From the NCBI RefSeq assembly GCF_004010195.1, contig NC_057728.1, positions 54,656,719-54,720,718 on the forward strand: a stretch of DNA of 64,000 nucleotides. The letters are read 5' to 3'. The notes under the pieces are model-generated. The model saw only the letters and a list, made by a program, of their open reading frames with translations. It was not told where the DNA came from and did no database searches. Positions 49,045 to 61,371 of the stretch are shown piece after piece (the stretch's first letter is position 1; every line of letters begins with the position of its first letter). Source of the stretch: Chiloscyllium plagiosum (lineage: Eukaryota). Both the position numbers and the translations under genes were made by a program.

Positions 49045-49454
49045 GTGAGTTGGTTTGATGTTAGAATCTGTTGAGTTCTAGAATCATAGAATCATACAGT
49101 ACAGAAGGGGCACTTCAGTCCATCAGTTGTGTATCACCTAAAGATACAGTCCTACCTTCATTGTCCCACCTTGCTATGCTTAACCCATTACCTTGAATGT
49201 TATGGCACTTCAAATGCTTATCCAAATACTTTATAAAATTTGTGATGTTTGCCTCATCAGCTACCCTCCCAGGCAGTGCACCTCAGACCCCACTACCCTA
49301 TCGGTGAACAAGATTTCCCGTAAATCTTTTCTAAACTTCTTGCCTTTAAAATTATACCCTCTTGTTTCATCAGGATGGAAAAGCATGCCAACTAGAATTC
49401 CCAGCAGCATAATTGCAATGCCAGTACAAGTTTAACATGGGTACAAGGGTGCAG

Positions 49455-49765
49455 GGTGGCATGATGGCTGTGGTTAGCACTGCTGCCTCACAGCGTCAGG
49501 GACCCCAGTTTGATTCCACCCTCAGGTGAGTGCCTGTGTGGAGTTTGCACATTTTCCCTGTGACTGTGTGGTTTTCCTCCAGTCCACAAAGTCCAAAGAT
49601 ATGCATGTTAGGTGGATTGGCCTTGCTACGTTGCCCATAGGGTCCAAGGATGCGCAGGTTATGAGGGGTAGCCATGGGAAATGCAGGGTTGTAGGGGAGT
49701 GCGTCTGCGTGGGAGGATTAGTGTGGACTCGATGGTCTGAATGACCTACTGTAGTGATTCTACGA
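49455..49765 (+). mobile_element. HE1-like V-SINE
   Basis: Homologous to the other copies. Confidence 0.8.
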
Positions 49766-51555
49766 TGAATGACCAATTTACTGAAGAGATAGAACTCACT
49801 TTGCAAATGCTTATTTGGCTGGTTTCGTGAGAGCCTTTTGCTTTCAGTAGCCTTGTCATCTGCCTGAAATGAGTGCAAGGACCCCATTGCTGATCACATT
49901 GCAGGTCCTAAGGCCATTTATGGGAAGGCTCTTTAAAACAGTCAGAGCCTGAAGCACTCAGAACTATAATTGGATTTCGGGCTCTATAGTGCCAACCCAG
50001 GGGTCCTCAGAGGCAGCCAGCAGCAGGTTAGTCTTTCTATTGGAATAGAGCCCAAACCAGCACAAGGTTATCCCCTGCCTTTACATCGATCATGGGCACT
50101 ACATTCTGCCCCTTCATATTTGCCTCTCATCCTACCCACCCATATTCCAAATTTACCAATATTTCTCTCAAATTCGGTTCAACAGACAAATGTGAAGTAA
50201 TTTGCGAGTCTCTCTCTTCTGGTACACATGTCCAATGCATCCACCAACTCACAAATGATATTAAGCTTTATCAAGATTGCATCATCCCAAATTATGTTCT
50301 TGAAGAATTTTAGATTGAATTGCTGGGTGGGAATTAGAATCCCTACAGAACTTAGAACTTAGAATCCCTTCAGTGTGGAAACAGGCCCTTCGACCCAGCA
50401 AGACCACACCGACCCTCCAAAGAGTAACCCACCCAGAACCATTCCCTGATTTCTCTACATTTCCCCCGATTAATGCAGCTAACACTCTCCATTTAAATAC
50501 TCCCAATTGGGTGGATGGATGCCGCTCCAACAACACTCAAAAACTCAACACAATCCAAGACAAAGCAGTCCATTTGATGGGAACCTGATTTTCTGCCTTA
50601 AACACACACTCCTTTTGCCATCGATGAACAGTGGTAGTAGTGGGTGTCACCTACAAGGTGCACTGCAGCAATTCACCAAGGCTCCTCCAACAGCACCTTC
50701 CAAACCCATGGCCTCCATTAGGACACCAGCGCCTGCAAGGATACCTTTCATCCAAGTCACGCGCTATCCTGAAGATAGACAAATTACAATAGGTGCAGGA
50801 GTAGGCCATTCTGCCCTTCGAGCCTGAAGATATCACCATTCCTTCAGCGTTACCAGGTTACAATCCTACAAGTCTCTTCTTAACGTTACTGTGGATCTAC
50901 CTACACCAGATGGGCTGCAGTAGTTAAAGAAGACAGTTCACTACCACTTTCTCAAGGGCATTTAAGGATGGGAAATAAATGCTGGCCTCAGCAGAGACAC
51001 TCACCTCTCACAAATGAATGTTTGAAAAAGCACAAAACCCTTCGTAATTTTGAATGCCCCCATTAAGTCTCTTGGTTTCAGGTGAACAATCCCAATCTCT
51101 TTCACCTTTTCTACTAACTGAGGTCTTTCATTCCTGGGACCACATCAGTAACGCTCCTCTATACTCTCTCCAATGCCTTAACATCCTTCCGAAAGTGTAA
51201 TGGCTAGAATTGGACACATCACTCCAACTGAGGCTCAAATAGTGATTTATAAAGGTTTAACGTCCTTGCTATTTGTACTCTATATCTTTAATTATGTGCC
51301 TGGTGGATTGATGAGTTATGACAGTGATTATTCAGTTACCATAAGGATTGTATAATTGTCCTATACTCAGAGCTGGTCGCTGCTATTTCAAAGTAGACCT
51401 GAAACAGATTGTGATTTCTTACTCTATTATTCAAAAAGAAAACATGAAAATCTGCTGAAGAGCGGCAACAAAATAGATAGGATTCTCTTCATGTTTAGAA
51501 ATAAAGTGTGTATTTTTACTGCTCATTTGCTGATCTCCTTCATATATACTGGCAG

Positions 51556-51651
51556 GCGACTTGCATATATATATCTCCAGGAATCAGAGGCTGCACTTGT
51601 CAGAAAGGATATGATGGTGATGGTCTGATCTGTTATGGAGACGCTGTGACG
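51556..51651 (+). CDS. STAB2: STAB2 window-exon 22 (EGF-like)
   Basis: ctggcag|GCG..ACG|gtaagc; ATCIYISPGIRGCTCQKGYDGDGLICYGDAVT; 96 nt. Confidence 0.92.
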
Positions 51652-54600
51652 GTAAGCTCACTAGTATGGTTATCTGTTCAAACATTTTCCTTCGGGGTAC
51701 TGGGCTCATTCAGATCACACACACGTTGAGTTTGGTTCAACATAAAACCTACAAGACAAATGACTATGAAAAGTGTTGTTGTACAGCTTTAGGAAGATAG
51801 TAGCGCTTGACCATTGGAAAGCTCATTCAAAAGCTCTAGGGAATATGATGGTGGTAGTACACAGAGCCCGAGTCACCGTGGCAACATGGCACTTCAGCAA
51901 CATAATATAGCTTGGACCCAACGGTGGTGGTGGAAGACAGTCCACCCTTCTTTCTGTCATATGGCAGAAAGATTTATAAGTTGCTAACAACCCTTTGTTC
52001 AGGTTATGAGTGCACCTTTCATGGATGTCAAGTCCTTTGGTGGGAACTGGTCCAGGCACGATGGGCTGAATAGCCTCCTTCTGCTCTGTAGCAATTGTAT
52101 GATTTGTTTCAGACACTGAAGCAGCCTATGTTCAAATGCAACAAGATCTGGACAATGTCCAGGCTTGTGCTGACATGTGGCAAATAACATTTGCTCCACA
52201 AAATGCCAAGCAATGACCATCTCTAATAAGAGGCAATCTAACCATCACCCCTTACCATCACTGAAACCCCCACTATCAACTTCCTTGGGGTACCATTGAC
52301 CAGAAACTCAAGTTGACTCACCAAGTAAATACAGCAGCTACAAGAGTAGGTCAGAGGCTAGAAATACTGTGGCGAGTAACTCATCTCCTCACTCCCCAAA
52401 GCCTGATCACCATTTACAAGGCACAGGTCAAGAATGTAATGGAATACTCTCCACTTGCCTGGATGGTTGCAGCTCCAATAACACTCAAGTAGCTAGACAC
52501 CATCCAGGACAAAGTGTCCTGCTTGATTGGCACCACATCCACAAGCATCCACCACTGACACTCAGCGGCAGCAGTGTGTACCATCTACAAGGTGCACTGC
52601 AAAAATTCACCAGCGATCCTTCGACAGCAGCTTCCAAGATTATAAGCCCTTCCATCTGGAAGGACAAGGGCAGCAGATATATGGGAACACCACCACCGGC
52701 AATTTCCCCTCCAAGCCAAGCACCATCCTGACTTGGAAAAAGATTGCCATTCCTTCTGGATAAAAATCTTGGAATTCCCTCCCTAAGGGTGTTGTGGGCT
52801 ACCTACAGCACATGGACTGCAGCCATCCAAGTAGCTAACTAACCACCATCCTCTCAAAAGCAGCTGGAATGGGCAATAAATGCTGGCCAGCAAGTCATGT
52901 CCAAATACTACAAACGAATAAAAGGAACCTTTCCATAAATCTGCATTACATCTTTCACCAAATCCCAGATTGGCCTTCAGCTTATTTTCTCCGATGAAAA
53001 CACATTCTGTTCACATTTTCAGTCAATGACTGGCCCTTTAGAATTGTCCCATCATCTTCATACTAAAGCAGGTGGCTGGTGATTCCCATTCGCTGGTGTA
53101 TCTAATTTGACTAATAATGGATTACAGTCAGCCCTAATTGATTAAAATCCTACTTCCATGTCCTCAGTAAAACAACCGAAGTGCAAGGAATAAATCCCAG
53201 GAACATGGAGAGGTTACAGCATAGTATGAGGCCATTCAGCCTGCCATGAATGTGCTGGTCTCTGCAACAGCAATTCAGCCAGTCTCACTCCTCCTCCTTT
53301 TTCCCATAGTTCTGCAAATTTAGTTTCTTCCTTGGGTAATCGAAACCCCTCCACTCATCATCCTGACTTGGAAATATATAACCATTCCTTCACAGTCACC
53401 AGGTCAGAATCCTGGAACTCCCTGTCTAACAGCATTATGGGTTTCTCTACAGATGACACAGGTTCAACAAGATCACTCACCACCACTTTCACAAGGGCAA
53501 TCAGGGATGGGCAATAAACATTATCCAAGCCAGTGACACCCATGTCCCTCGAATGAATAAAAGATTTCTCCTTTGAAACCAACAGTTGAATTTCCTTCAC
53601 CACATTCTCAGGCAGCCCATTCCAGACCCTAACTTTTGTCACCTTTGTTTCTTTTGCCAGTTACCATAGATCAGTGTCCTCTGGTTCATGATCCTCTCAT
53701 CAATGGAAGTCTTTTAAATTCTCTCCCTTAGAGAGCATTGGAGTCTGGATCAATGAACAAGTTCAATGCTGAGTTGGAGAGGGAGATGTTGACGAGGGAG
53801 ACAAGGGTTCTGGGAGACTGATAGGAAAGTTGTGTAGTAGCCACAATCAGTTTAGCTATGTTCCTAATGCACATTAGAGCAAACTTGAGGGTTTGAACAG
53901 CTGACTCCTCCTATTTTATATACTATTTATGTTCACCATAACTTCCTGACATTTCTTCCCTCTGCCTTTAATTATAAAGTCTGGGATCCTGCATCTTTTA
54001 TGCTTCCTTAACCCTGTCCCACCATCTTCAATGATTTTTTCATGTGTAGCTTCAAGTTCCTCTGCTCCTGCACCCACTGGAGTGTCATACAGACCCTTCG
54101 GCCCAACAGTCCATGCCGACCGTGCTCCCAAACTAAACTAGTCCCACCTGCCTGCATTTGACCCATATCCCTCCAAACCTTTCCCATTCATGTACATATC
54201 CAAAAGTCTTTTCAACATTGTAGCTGGACCACTCTTTGCATTAAATAAATGTCCCCCATGTCATTTTTAAATCTTTCTCCTCCCACCTTAAAAATGTATC
54301 CCTTAGTTTTGAACTCCCCCAACTTAGGGAAAATACATTTGCTACTCACTTATCTATGCCCCTCATGGTTTTATAAACCTCGATAAGGTCACTCTCAATC
54401 TCCCACTCTCCAGTGAAACAAGTCCCAACCTTTCCAGCCTATCTTTATAACTCAAACCCTCCATTCCTGGCAAAATTCTGGTAAATCTTTTCTGAACCCT
54501 CTCCAGGTTACTAATATCCCTTCTATAACAGAACCGTACTTATTTCAATCAACCTTTCTTGGCCATACTGTAACACACACCTAGGACAGGTGGAAATTGA

Positions 54601-55185
54601 ATCTGGACTTCCTGGCCCAGGGCTAGAGATGCTACTGTTGTGCCACAAGACGTTAGCACTGTGTCCTTTATTTTATATTGCCAGTCCTCATTCTTTCTGC
54701 CTGGAATGATATATAAGGGTGATTAAATTCCATATAGACACAGATATGTAGATTTCAGATCTAAATAAGAAGAAATAGAGACTGCTCCACCAGTCAGTAA
54801 TATCATGGCTGATCTTTTGCTTACTTACTTCATCTGCATGTCTCTTGGTTCCCTTATAGCCCAAGTCTCTCATTTGTGAATGTACCCAATGATGGAGCAC
54901 TAACAGTCCTCTTGGGAAGACAATTCCAAGGATTTAAAACACGCTAAGTGAAGAAGGCTGTCCACACCTCAGTCCAAAATCTTCAACTCTCACCCTGAGC
55001 CTCGTGCTCCCTTGGTCCAGACTCACTAATCAGGTGGAAGCAGCCTCTCAGTTTCAGTCAAATCCTCTCATGATTTTATACGAGTCAGTCTGCAGCAGCA
55101 TTGTCTACAGAGGGGGAAATTTTCCTCTGAGTCCATTAATTATGTTATAGGTGAAATTTTTGAGGGGGGAATCTGCAGTGGAGGA

Positions 55186-55205
55186 AGCTCCATCTAGTGG
55201 CAGCA
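55186..55205 (-). promoter_or_regulatory. Candidate CTCF site
   Basis: Minus strand TGCTGCCACTAGATGGAGC resembles the CCASYAGRKGGC core; motif match only. Confidence 0.4.
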
Positions 55206-55382
55206 CAGTTGAGCTGCAGGTGTAACAGTTGTCACATAATAGTGATGTCCAGCTAAAGAATACCCTGCCACATATAGCGATTAGAATATGTAACCAAGAC
55301 ACAATAAAAGTGTCTATCACTATTAATAAATCATGAGAATGATTTGTGATGTGTAAAAATCCATTTTCTCATTTCTTTCTAG

Positions 55383-55430
55383 GCTCTCTCCCTCATTCCA
55401 GAAGCAGCTGAATTTCTCAAGTGGGTGAAT
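55383..55430 (+). CDS. STAB2: STAB2 window-exon 23 (FAS1-3 start)
   Basis: tttctag|GCT..AAT|gtaagt; ALSLIPEAAEFLKWVN; 48 nt. Confidence 0.9.
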
Positions 55431-55582
55431 GTAAGTTGCAAACCTGTAATTTGTCGTCCTGAGGTTGCATATATAAATACAAGCTCTTCCTTTCTCCTGA
55501 GAGAAGGAGAAGGTGAGGGTAAAGTCCCCTTAAATTGAAAATTCTTTTAAACTAAAATTTTTTGATTCTCTTTTTTTTTCAG

Positions 55583-55719
55583 GATGCTTCTCAAAACAAG
55601 TTGCTTTCAGAATCCACCAATATCACACTCCTTGTGCCCACTCAGAAGGCAATTAATGGCATGGATAGTGACAAACAAGCATTTTGGCTCAAACCAGAGC
55701 AGCTTCCAAACCTGGTGAA
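55583..55719 (+). CDS. STAB2: STAB2 window-exon 24 (FAS1-3)
   Basis: tttttcag|GAT..AA|gtgagt; DASQNKLLSESTNITLLVPTQKAINGMDSDKQAFWLKPEQLPNLV(K); 137 nt, phase 0-2. Confidence 0.93.
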
Positions 55720-55875
55720 GTGAGTTAATTATTTTAATATCTTGAAACATCAGTTGGTGTGGAGGCTGCCCCTTTTACTGGCAGGATTTAAAATAGCTGT
55801 ACATCACTTTTCCACGAGAAGGCAGTATGTAAAGTGTAATCTCATGCACAAGACAGCACAGAGTAGCAGATGGAG

Positions 55876-56190
55876 TGGCGTGGTGGTTCAGTGGTTAGCA
55901 CTGCTGCCTCACAGCACCAGGGACCTGGGTTCGATTCCAGCCTCGGGCAACTGTTTGTGTGAAGTTTGCATATTCTCCCTGTGTCTGCGTGGGTTTCCTC
56001 TGGGTGCTCCGGTTTCCTCCCACAGTCCAAAGATGTGCAGGTCAGGTGAATTGTTCATGCTAAATTGTCTGTAGTGTTAGGTGTATTAGGCAGGGGCAGA
56101 TATTGGGTCAGGTGGGTTGTTCCTCGGAGGGTCGGTGTGGACTTGTTGGGCTGAAGGGCCTGTTTCCATACTGTAGGGAATCTGATCTAA
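55876..56190 (+). mobile_element. HE1-like V-SINE
   Basis: Homologous to the other copies. Confidence 0.85.
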
Positions 56191-57343
56191 AAGGATGTGG
56201 TTTACAAATGCTCATTAGTTCAGCCATCTCAAGGCCATTGGCATACGCAAACAACAGCAACTCCAGACATATTAAGGAACAATATACAAATTTACATCGC
56301 ATTATGCTGAAGCCGTAATATTGTACTGAAGTCTAAAAGGGGGAGGTGATGGCCTAGTGATATTATCACTGGACTGCTGTTCCAGCGACCCATGTTCAAA
56401 TCCCACCACAGCACATGGTGGAATTACATCCAATAAAATCTGGAATTAAGAAACTAATAATGATGATTGATCGATTGTTTGTAAAAGCTCATCTGGTTCA
56501 TAATGCCCTTTAGGAAAGGGAACTGCTATCCTTACCTGGTCTGGCCTACATGTGACTCCACTCCCATAGCAATATGATTGCCTCCTTACTGCATTTGGAC
56601 AATTAGGGATGGACAATAAATGGTCATCTAGCCAGAGATAGGGTTGGGGTGAGACCAAAAAGGGATTTAAAAATAAGTGTGAGAATTTCAAGATTGAGTC
56701 TCTACAGCAATAAGTGAAAACTACTCAGAGCCCCACAATGTACATTTGATATGTTTTAGGGAAGAGAATCGTTGTAGACCAGGTAGACTAATAAATGTGC
56801 AGGCTTCAGAGAGGATGTAATACCCAGAGTCTTCAATGTTTTGGAGTTGATTTGGGTGATAGTGTTGGGCAGACAATGAGATCTCTGCAAAAGTGAACTT
56901 TGGCATGATAGGGCATGAATAACAACTGAAACAATTCCTGCTGATTTCTCAGTTCAGATTTACCACTAGGCATGCAGGATGGGTATGTGTCCCCAGTCAC
57001 CCAATATCCACGGGTGTGGTGACTGTGACTCCTGTGTTCAAAATTGTCAGCCCTTTTAAATGTGGTCTCCTTTTCATTCTGAACCAAAACATTTGAGGTT
57101 CAAGTCTCCCTCCAGATCTTGAACACAAAAATAGAGGCTGATGGTTTCGTGTTAGAAAGAGGTGCTGTCCTTCAAGTGAAATTGTAAAGTCATTGCCTTA
57201 TAGGATGCTAAAGATCCCACAGCATTAGTTTTAAGATGACCAATTAAGTAATCTTTGGCGTTGTGATCAATATTATCCAACAATTAACATCACAAAAAAG
57301 CAGATTGGTCATTTTTACAGTGATGCTTATGGGAGTTTCATTG

Positions 57344-57672
57344 AATCATAGAATCCCTACACTGCAGGAACAGGCCATTCAGCCAATTGAGTCCACACCA
57401 ACCCTCTTAAAAGCATTCCACCTAGACCCTCCACACCCCCATAACCCTGCATTTACCATGGCTAATCCACCTAACCTGCACAACCCTGGATACTATTGGT
57501 AGTTTAACACAGCCAATCCACCTAATCTGTACATATTTGGACTGTGGGAGGAAACTGGAGCACCCGGAGGAACCCATGCAGACATGGAGAAAATGTGCAG
57601 TCTCCACATAGACAGTCACCTGAGGCTGGAATTGAACTGTGAGGCAGCAGTGCTAACCACTGAGCCACCATG
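57344..57672 (-). mobile_element. HE1-like V-SINE
   Basis: Homologous to the other copies. Confidence 0.8.
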
Positions 57673-57911
57673 CTATCCTTTACTGTGTGCAAATTGGCTG
57701 CTGAACAATGATGACATTTCAAAAATACTTCCTAAAACACTTTGAGGTGAACAGTAGGTGTGAAAGGCATTATTTACACACAAGCGTTTTATAAACCTGG
57801 TGATTTTATAGCGTTATAATTAATTTATTTTGGTACAGATTTGAATTATCCCTACTCATCCAGATTGTTTTAAAACACATTTTAAGACTTTGTATTTTAT
57901 TTGTGTTCTAG

Positions 57912-58023
57912 GTATCATGTGATACAGGGAGTGTACAGCCTTACAGACCTTCTGAATTGTTCATCTTCCTCCCTGGCAACAATCACATCTGGCGTCAGCT
58001 TATTCTTCACTAAAACAAACCAG
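57912..58023 (+). CDS. STAB2: STAB2 window-exon 25 (FAS1-3, YH motif)
   Basis: gttctag|G..CAG|gtattc; YHVIQGVYSLTDLLNCSSSSLATITSGVSLFFTKTNQ; 112 nt, phase 2-0. Confidence 0.9.
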
Positions 58024-58175
58024 GTATTCTTTGTCCTTCGGATTTTAAATTTCATATAGCAATATTTTCATATTGACACCTGCTTTCATGATCTGTAATT
58101 CCAATAATCTTCAGCTGTCATTATTTGAACTGCACTTCCTAGATAATAGCTCAGCATCACCTTCAGAAAGGGCTA

Positions 58176-59278
58176 TTAGATTTAGCCTTCATTGTCACGT
58201 GTACTCAAGCACAAAAGTACAGGAGTTCAGTGAAAAGTGTACAATATTGATACACACAGTGCCGTCATAAGTACAAGTACCTAGGTACAGAATCTTAAGA
58301 ACAAAGTAGAAAGAAATAAAGTACAAAGTTAAACATTATAGTCATTCTTAGTACAGGATTCCCCCACTTTTTGAAAGTTCGCTTTATGCTGCCTCGTTTT
58401 TATGAAAGACCTACATTAGTACCTGTTTTCGCTGACCGAAAGAAATCCGAAAAGGATTTTCGCTTTTGCGAAAAAAGGAGAATTTTTTCCCATGTAAATT
58501 AATGCTTCTTCGCTTTACGCTATTTCAGCTTACAAAAAGGTTTCATAGGAACGCTCTACTTTCAGATAGCGGGCGATACCTGTATAGTGTGAAAGAAAGA
58601 AGGAAATAAAGTTAAAAGTTACATGTAACGATCTTTTTTACGTGTGTGGCCATTCAGGGACTGCACGTCCTACAAGGGCTTGATCTCCTCTTCTCTGGCT
58701 TGCCTTCCCCACACAGTCTACTCCAGGAATCTCACTTTGGGGCCACCACCACCACCATGCTGCCAGAAGCAGCACCCAGGCTTACCACACCACCGACAAA
58801 GCATTCACCACATCCAGCTATTAATCAGGAGTACCAACTGGGGCCTACCACACTACCGCTAAAGCACTCGCCACCTCCCGGCTATCTGCCAGGACTACCA
58901 ATTGGGGCCTACCATATTGCCGCAGCTGACCGACACCAACTGGCTTCTCTGTCGGCAGCAGAGGCTGCCCTGCCGTCACCATCGCCTCGAGTCACCGTGC
59001 TCCTGCACCATCACAATCATTGCCGTGGCGAGCTCTCCGAGGGCCCGATCTCCCTGAGGAGCCGACTCCTGCCATCGCTGCTTCACGTCTCGGCAGGCCG
59101 GGTCAGCTCTGGCCCTGCTGAAGACACAGGAAAGACCACCAAAGAGGAACAAACAAAGACAGGAGAGCAAAAACAAAAGGTTGAAGCAAAGACACAAAGC
59201 AAGCAGATGGAAGCAGACGAGCCCCTGGGCCAGGAGCTTGGACATAGCCCCTGCTACTGGCACTGCCATCTGCCGCTG
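58176..59278 (-). mobile_element. Non-autonomous GC-rich retroelement with a Rex1-like 3' tail
   Basis: Minus-strand end cttttcactg...gtacacgtgacaat matches the Rex1 tail at 24028-24060; a short copy of this tail lies at 14470-14622. Confidence 0.55.
58354..58582. mobile_element. Tc1/mariner-pogo (Tigger-like) MITE, 229 bp
   Basis: TA on both sides (58352-58353, 58583-58584); imperfect TIRs CAGGATTCCCCCACTTTTTGAAAGT vs reverse complement CAGGTATCGCCCGCTATCTGAAAGT. Confidence 0.7.
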
Positions 59279-59435
59279 TTAGGAACAGACAAAAATTATT
59301 TCCCTTTGTCGACAACTTTCACATGCCGAGAACAAATGCATTTTCTAAAAACAAAACTTTCTTGGCCGAAAACTTTCCACTCTGAAGAAGAGTCATTAGA
59401 CTCCAAACATTAACTCTATTTTTTCTCTTCACAGC

Positions 59436-59699
59436 TTAGATTAGATTACTTACAGCGTGGAAACAGGCCTTTCGGCTCAACAAAGCCACATCGACCCGCC
59501 GAAGCGCAACCCACCCAGATCCATTCCTCAACATCTACCCCTTCACCTAACACTATGGGCAATTTAGCACGGCCAATTCACCTAACCTGCACGTTTTTGG
59601 ACTGTGGGAGGAAACTGGAGCACCCGGAGGAAACCCACGCAGACATGGGGAGAATGTGCAAACTCCACACAGACAGTCACCTGAGGCGGGAATTGAACC
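59436..59699 (-). mobile_element. HE1-like V-SINE inserted into a Penelope-like relic (59378-59775)
   Basis: The host reads ...ctcttcacag|atgctgctggacctgctgag once the SINE is removed. Confidence 0.8.
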
Positions 59700-60506
59700 G
59701 ATGCTGCTGGACCTGCTGAGTTTCCCCAGCATTCTCTATGTTTGCTCCAGTAGCCGCAGAATTTTCGTTTACTTTTTAATTAATAGGAAAAGTTCGAACC
59801 CCAATGCTGACTTAACCTTCTGCGTTTCCATTTAACCCTTACTGGGTGGCCAAACAAAGTGCTGAACTGTGACAGAGTGCCAAATTTAAGGTGTTAGGGC
59901 AGAGTGCTATGTTAGCGTGCCAGGGTTTCCATCTCAGTTCAGCCTGTACACTGAGGAAATTGCTAGTCTGGAGGAGAACAGCTGCCCCATCTTGAATTGT
60001 AACCAAAGACACCCCCCATCGCCTTGCAATCAGGTCAGATGAGATGTTAAACCTAGATGTTATCCTCTTAGACGGACCTGAAAGATCCCATAGCTGCTCT
60101 TCCAATAGAGAGCAAGGGGAATCTTCCAGTGTCCTGACTGACCTTTATTTCTTTATCATGATTATCTCTCCGTTATCGAATTGCTTACAGTGTGTGAAAT
60201 ATGCTGCTGTTTCGAACGTTACAGCATTGCCTAAACATTTGAAGCATTTCTTAGGCTGTGAAGCACTTCAGGGAATCCTGAGGCTATGAGAGGTGCTACA
60301 TGAAGGCAACTCCTTATTTTTAATCTCAGAATAAACATGATGAAGACTCTTATTCAAAGTGTTGTGCTACTGAACCCCTGAAAGAAATGCATCATGTCAG
60401 ATTTAGCTCTACTGTTGGCAGCGTGAAATGTCCCAGTAATAGTGAAGGAAAACCGCAGTACAGCAAGGATTACTGAGTGCATAGTGCCTGCCAAGCGAAA
60501 TTATCA

Positions 60507-61112
60507 AAACATAGAACAGAACATCAAACAATACAGCGCAGAACAGGCCCTTAGGCCCTGGATGTTGCGCCAACCTGTGAACTAATCTAAACCCATCCCC
60601 CTACACAATCCCATCATCATTCATGTGCTTAACAAAGGATTGTTAAATCTCACTAATGTGGCTAAGTTAACTACATTGGCAGGCCGGGCATTCCATGCCC
60701 TTATCACTCTCTGAGTAAAGAACCTTCCTCTGACATCTGTCTTAAATCGATCACCCCCCAATTTGTAGCTATGCCCCCTCGTACAAGCTGACTTCATCAT
60801 CCTAGAAAAAGACTTTCACTGTCCACCCTATCTAATCCTCTGATCATCTTGTATGTCTCTATCAAATCCCCGCTTAGCCTTCTTCTTTCCAATGAGAACA
60901 GACTCAAGTCCCTCAGCCTTTCCTCATAAGACCTTCCCTCCAGACCAGGCAACATCCTGGTAAATCTCCTCTGCATCTTTTCCAATGCTTCCACATCCTT
61001 CCTGTAATGGGGCGACCAGAACTGTACACAATATTCCAAGTGCGGCCACACTAGCGTTTTATATAGTTGCCGTATGACATTACGGCTCCGGAACTCAATC
61101 CCTTGACCAATA
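60507..61112 (-). mobile_element. Relatively intact CR1-type LINE 3' fragment
   Basis: ORF 60797-61123: LYKTLVWPHLEYCVQFWSPHYRKDVEALEKMQRRFTRMLPGL...LFSLERRRLSGDLIETYK. Confidence 0.88.
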
Positions 61113-61371
61113 AGCAGCTGCAATTGTTCTCCTTTGAGTAGAGAACATTAAAGGGAGATTAATAGAAGGGGTCAGAATTGTGAGGGGTCTTAATACAATA
61201 AGAAGGAAGTCATTGTTTTCACTGCCTGAAGAATTGAAAGCCAAAGGGTTCAGCGTTTAGGAACTTGAAACAAGATAAGGAGGCAATTTTGACAAAGTGG
61301 ATTGTTTTGATTTGGAATGCAATGCATGAAACAGCTGTGGAAGTAGATTTAATCTGAACTTTTAACAGAGA

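Noticed and set aside
58646..59413. 255-aa plus-strand ORF, the longest in the track
   Set aside because: It starts at GTG, is low-complexity (Pro/Thr/His), runs antisense through a GC-rich repeat element, and has no recognisable domain or splice context.
2764..59699. Antisense bias of HE1 SINEs (about 12 minus vs 7 plus)
   Set aside because: The counts are too small to distinguish from chance.
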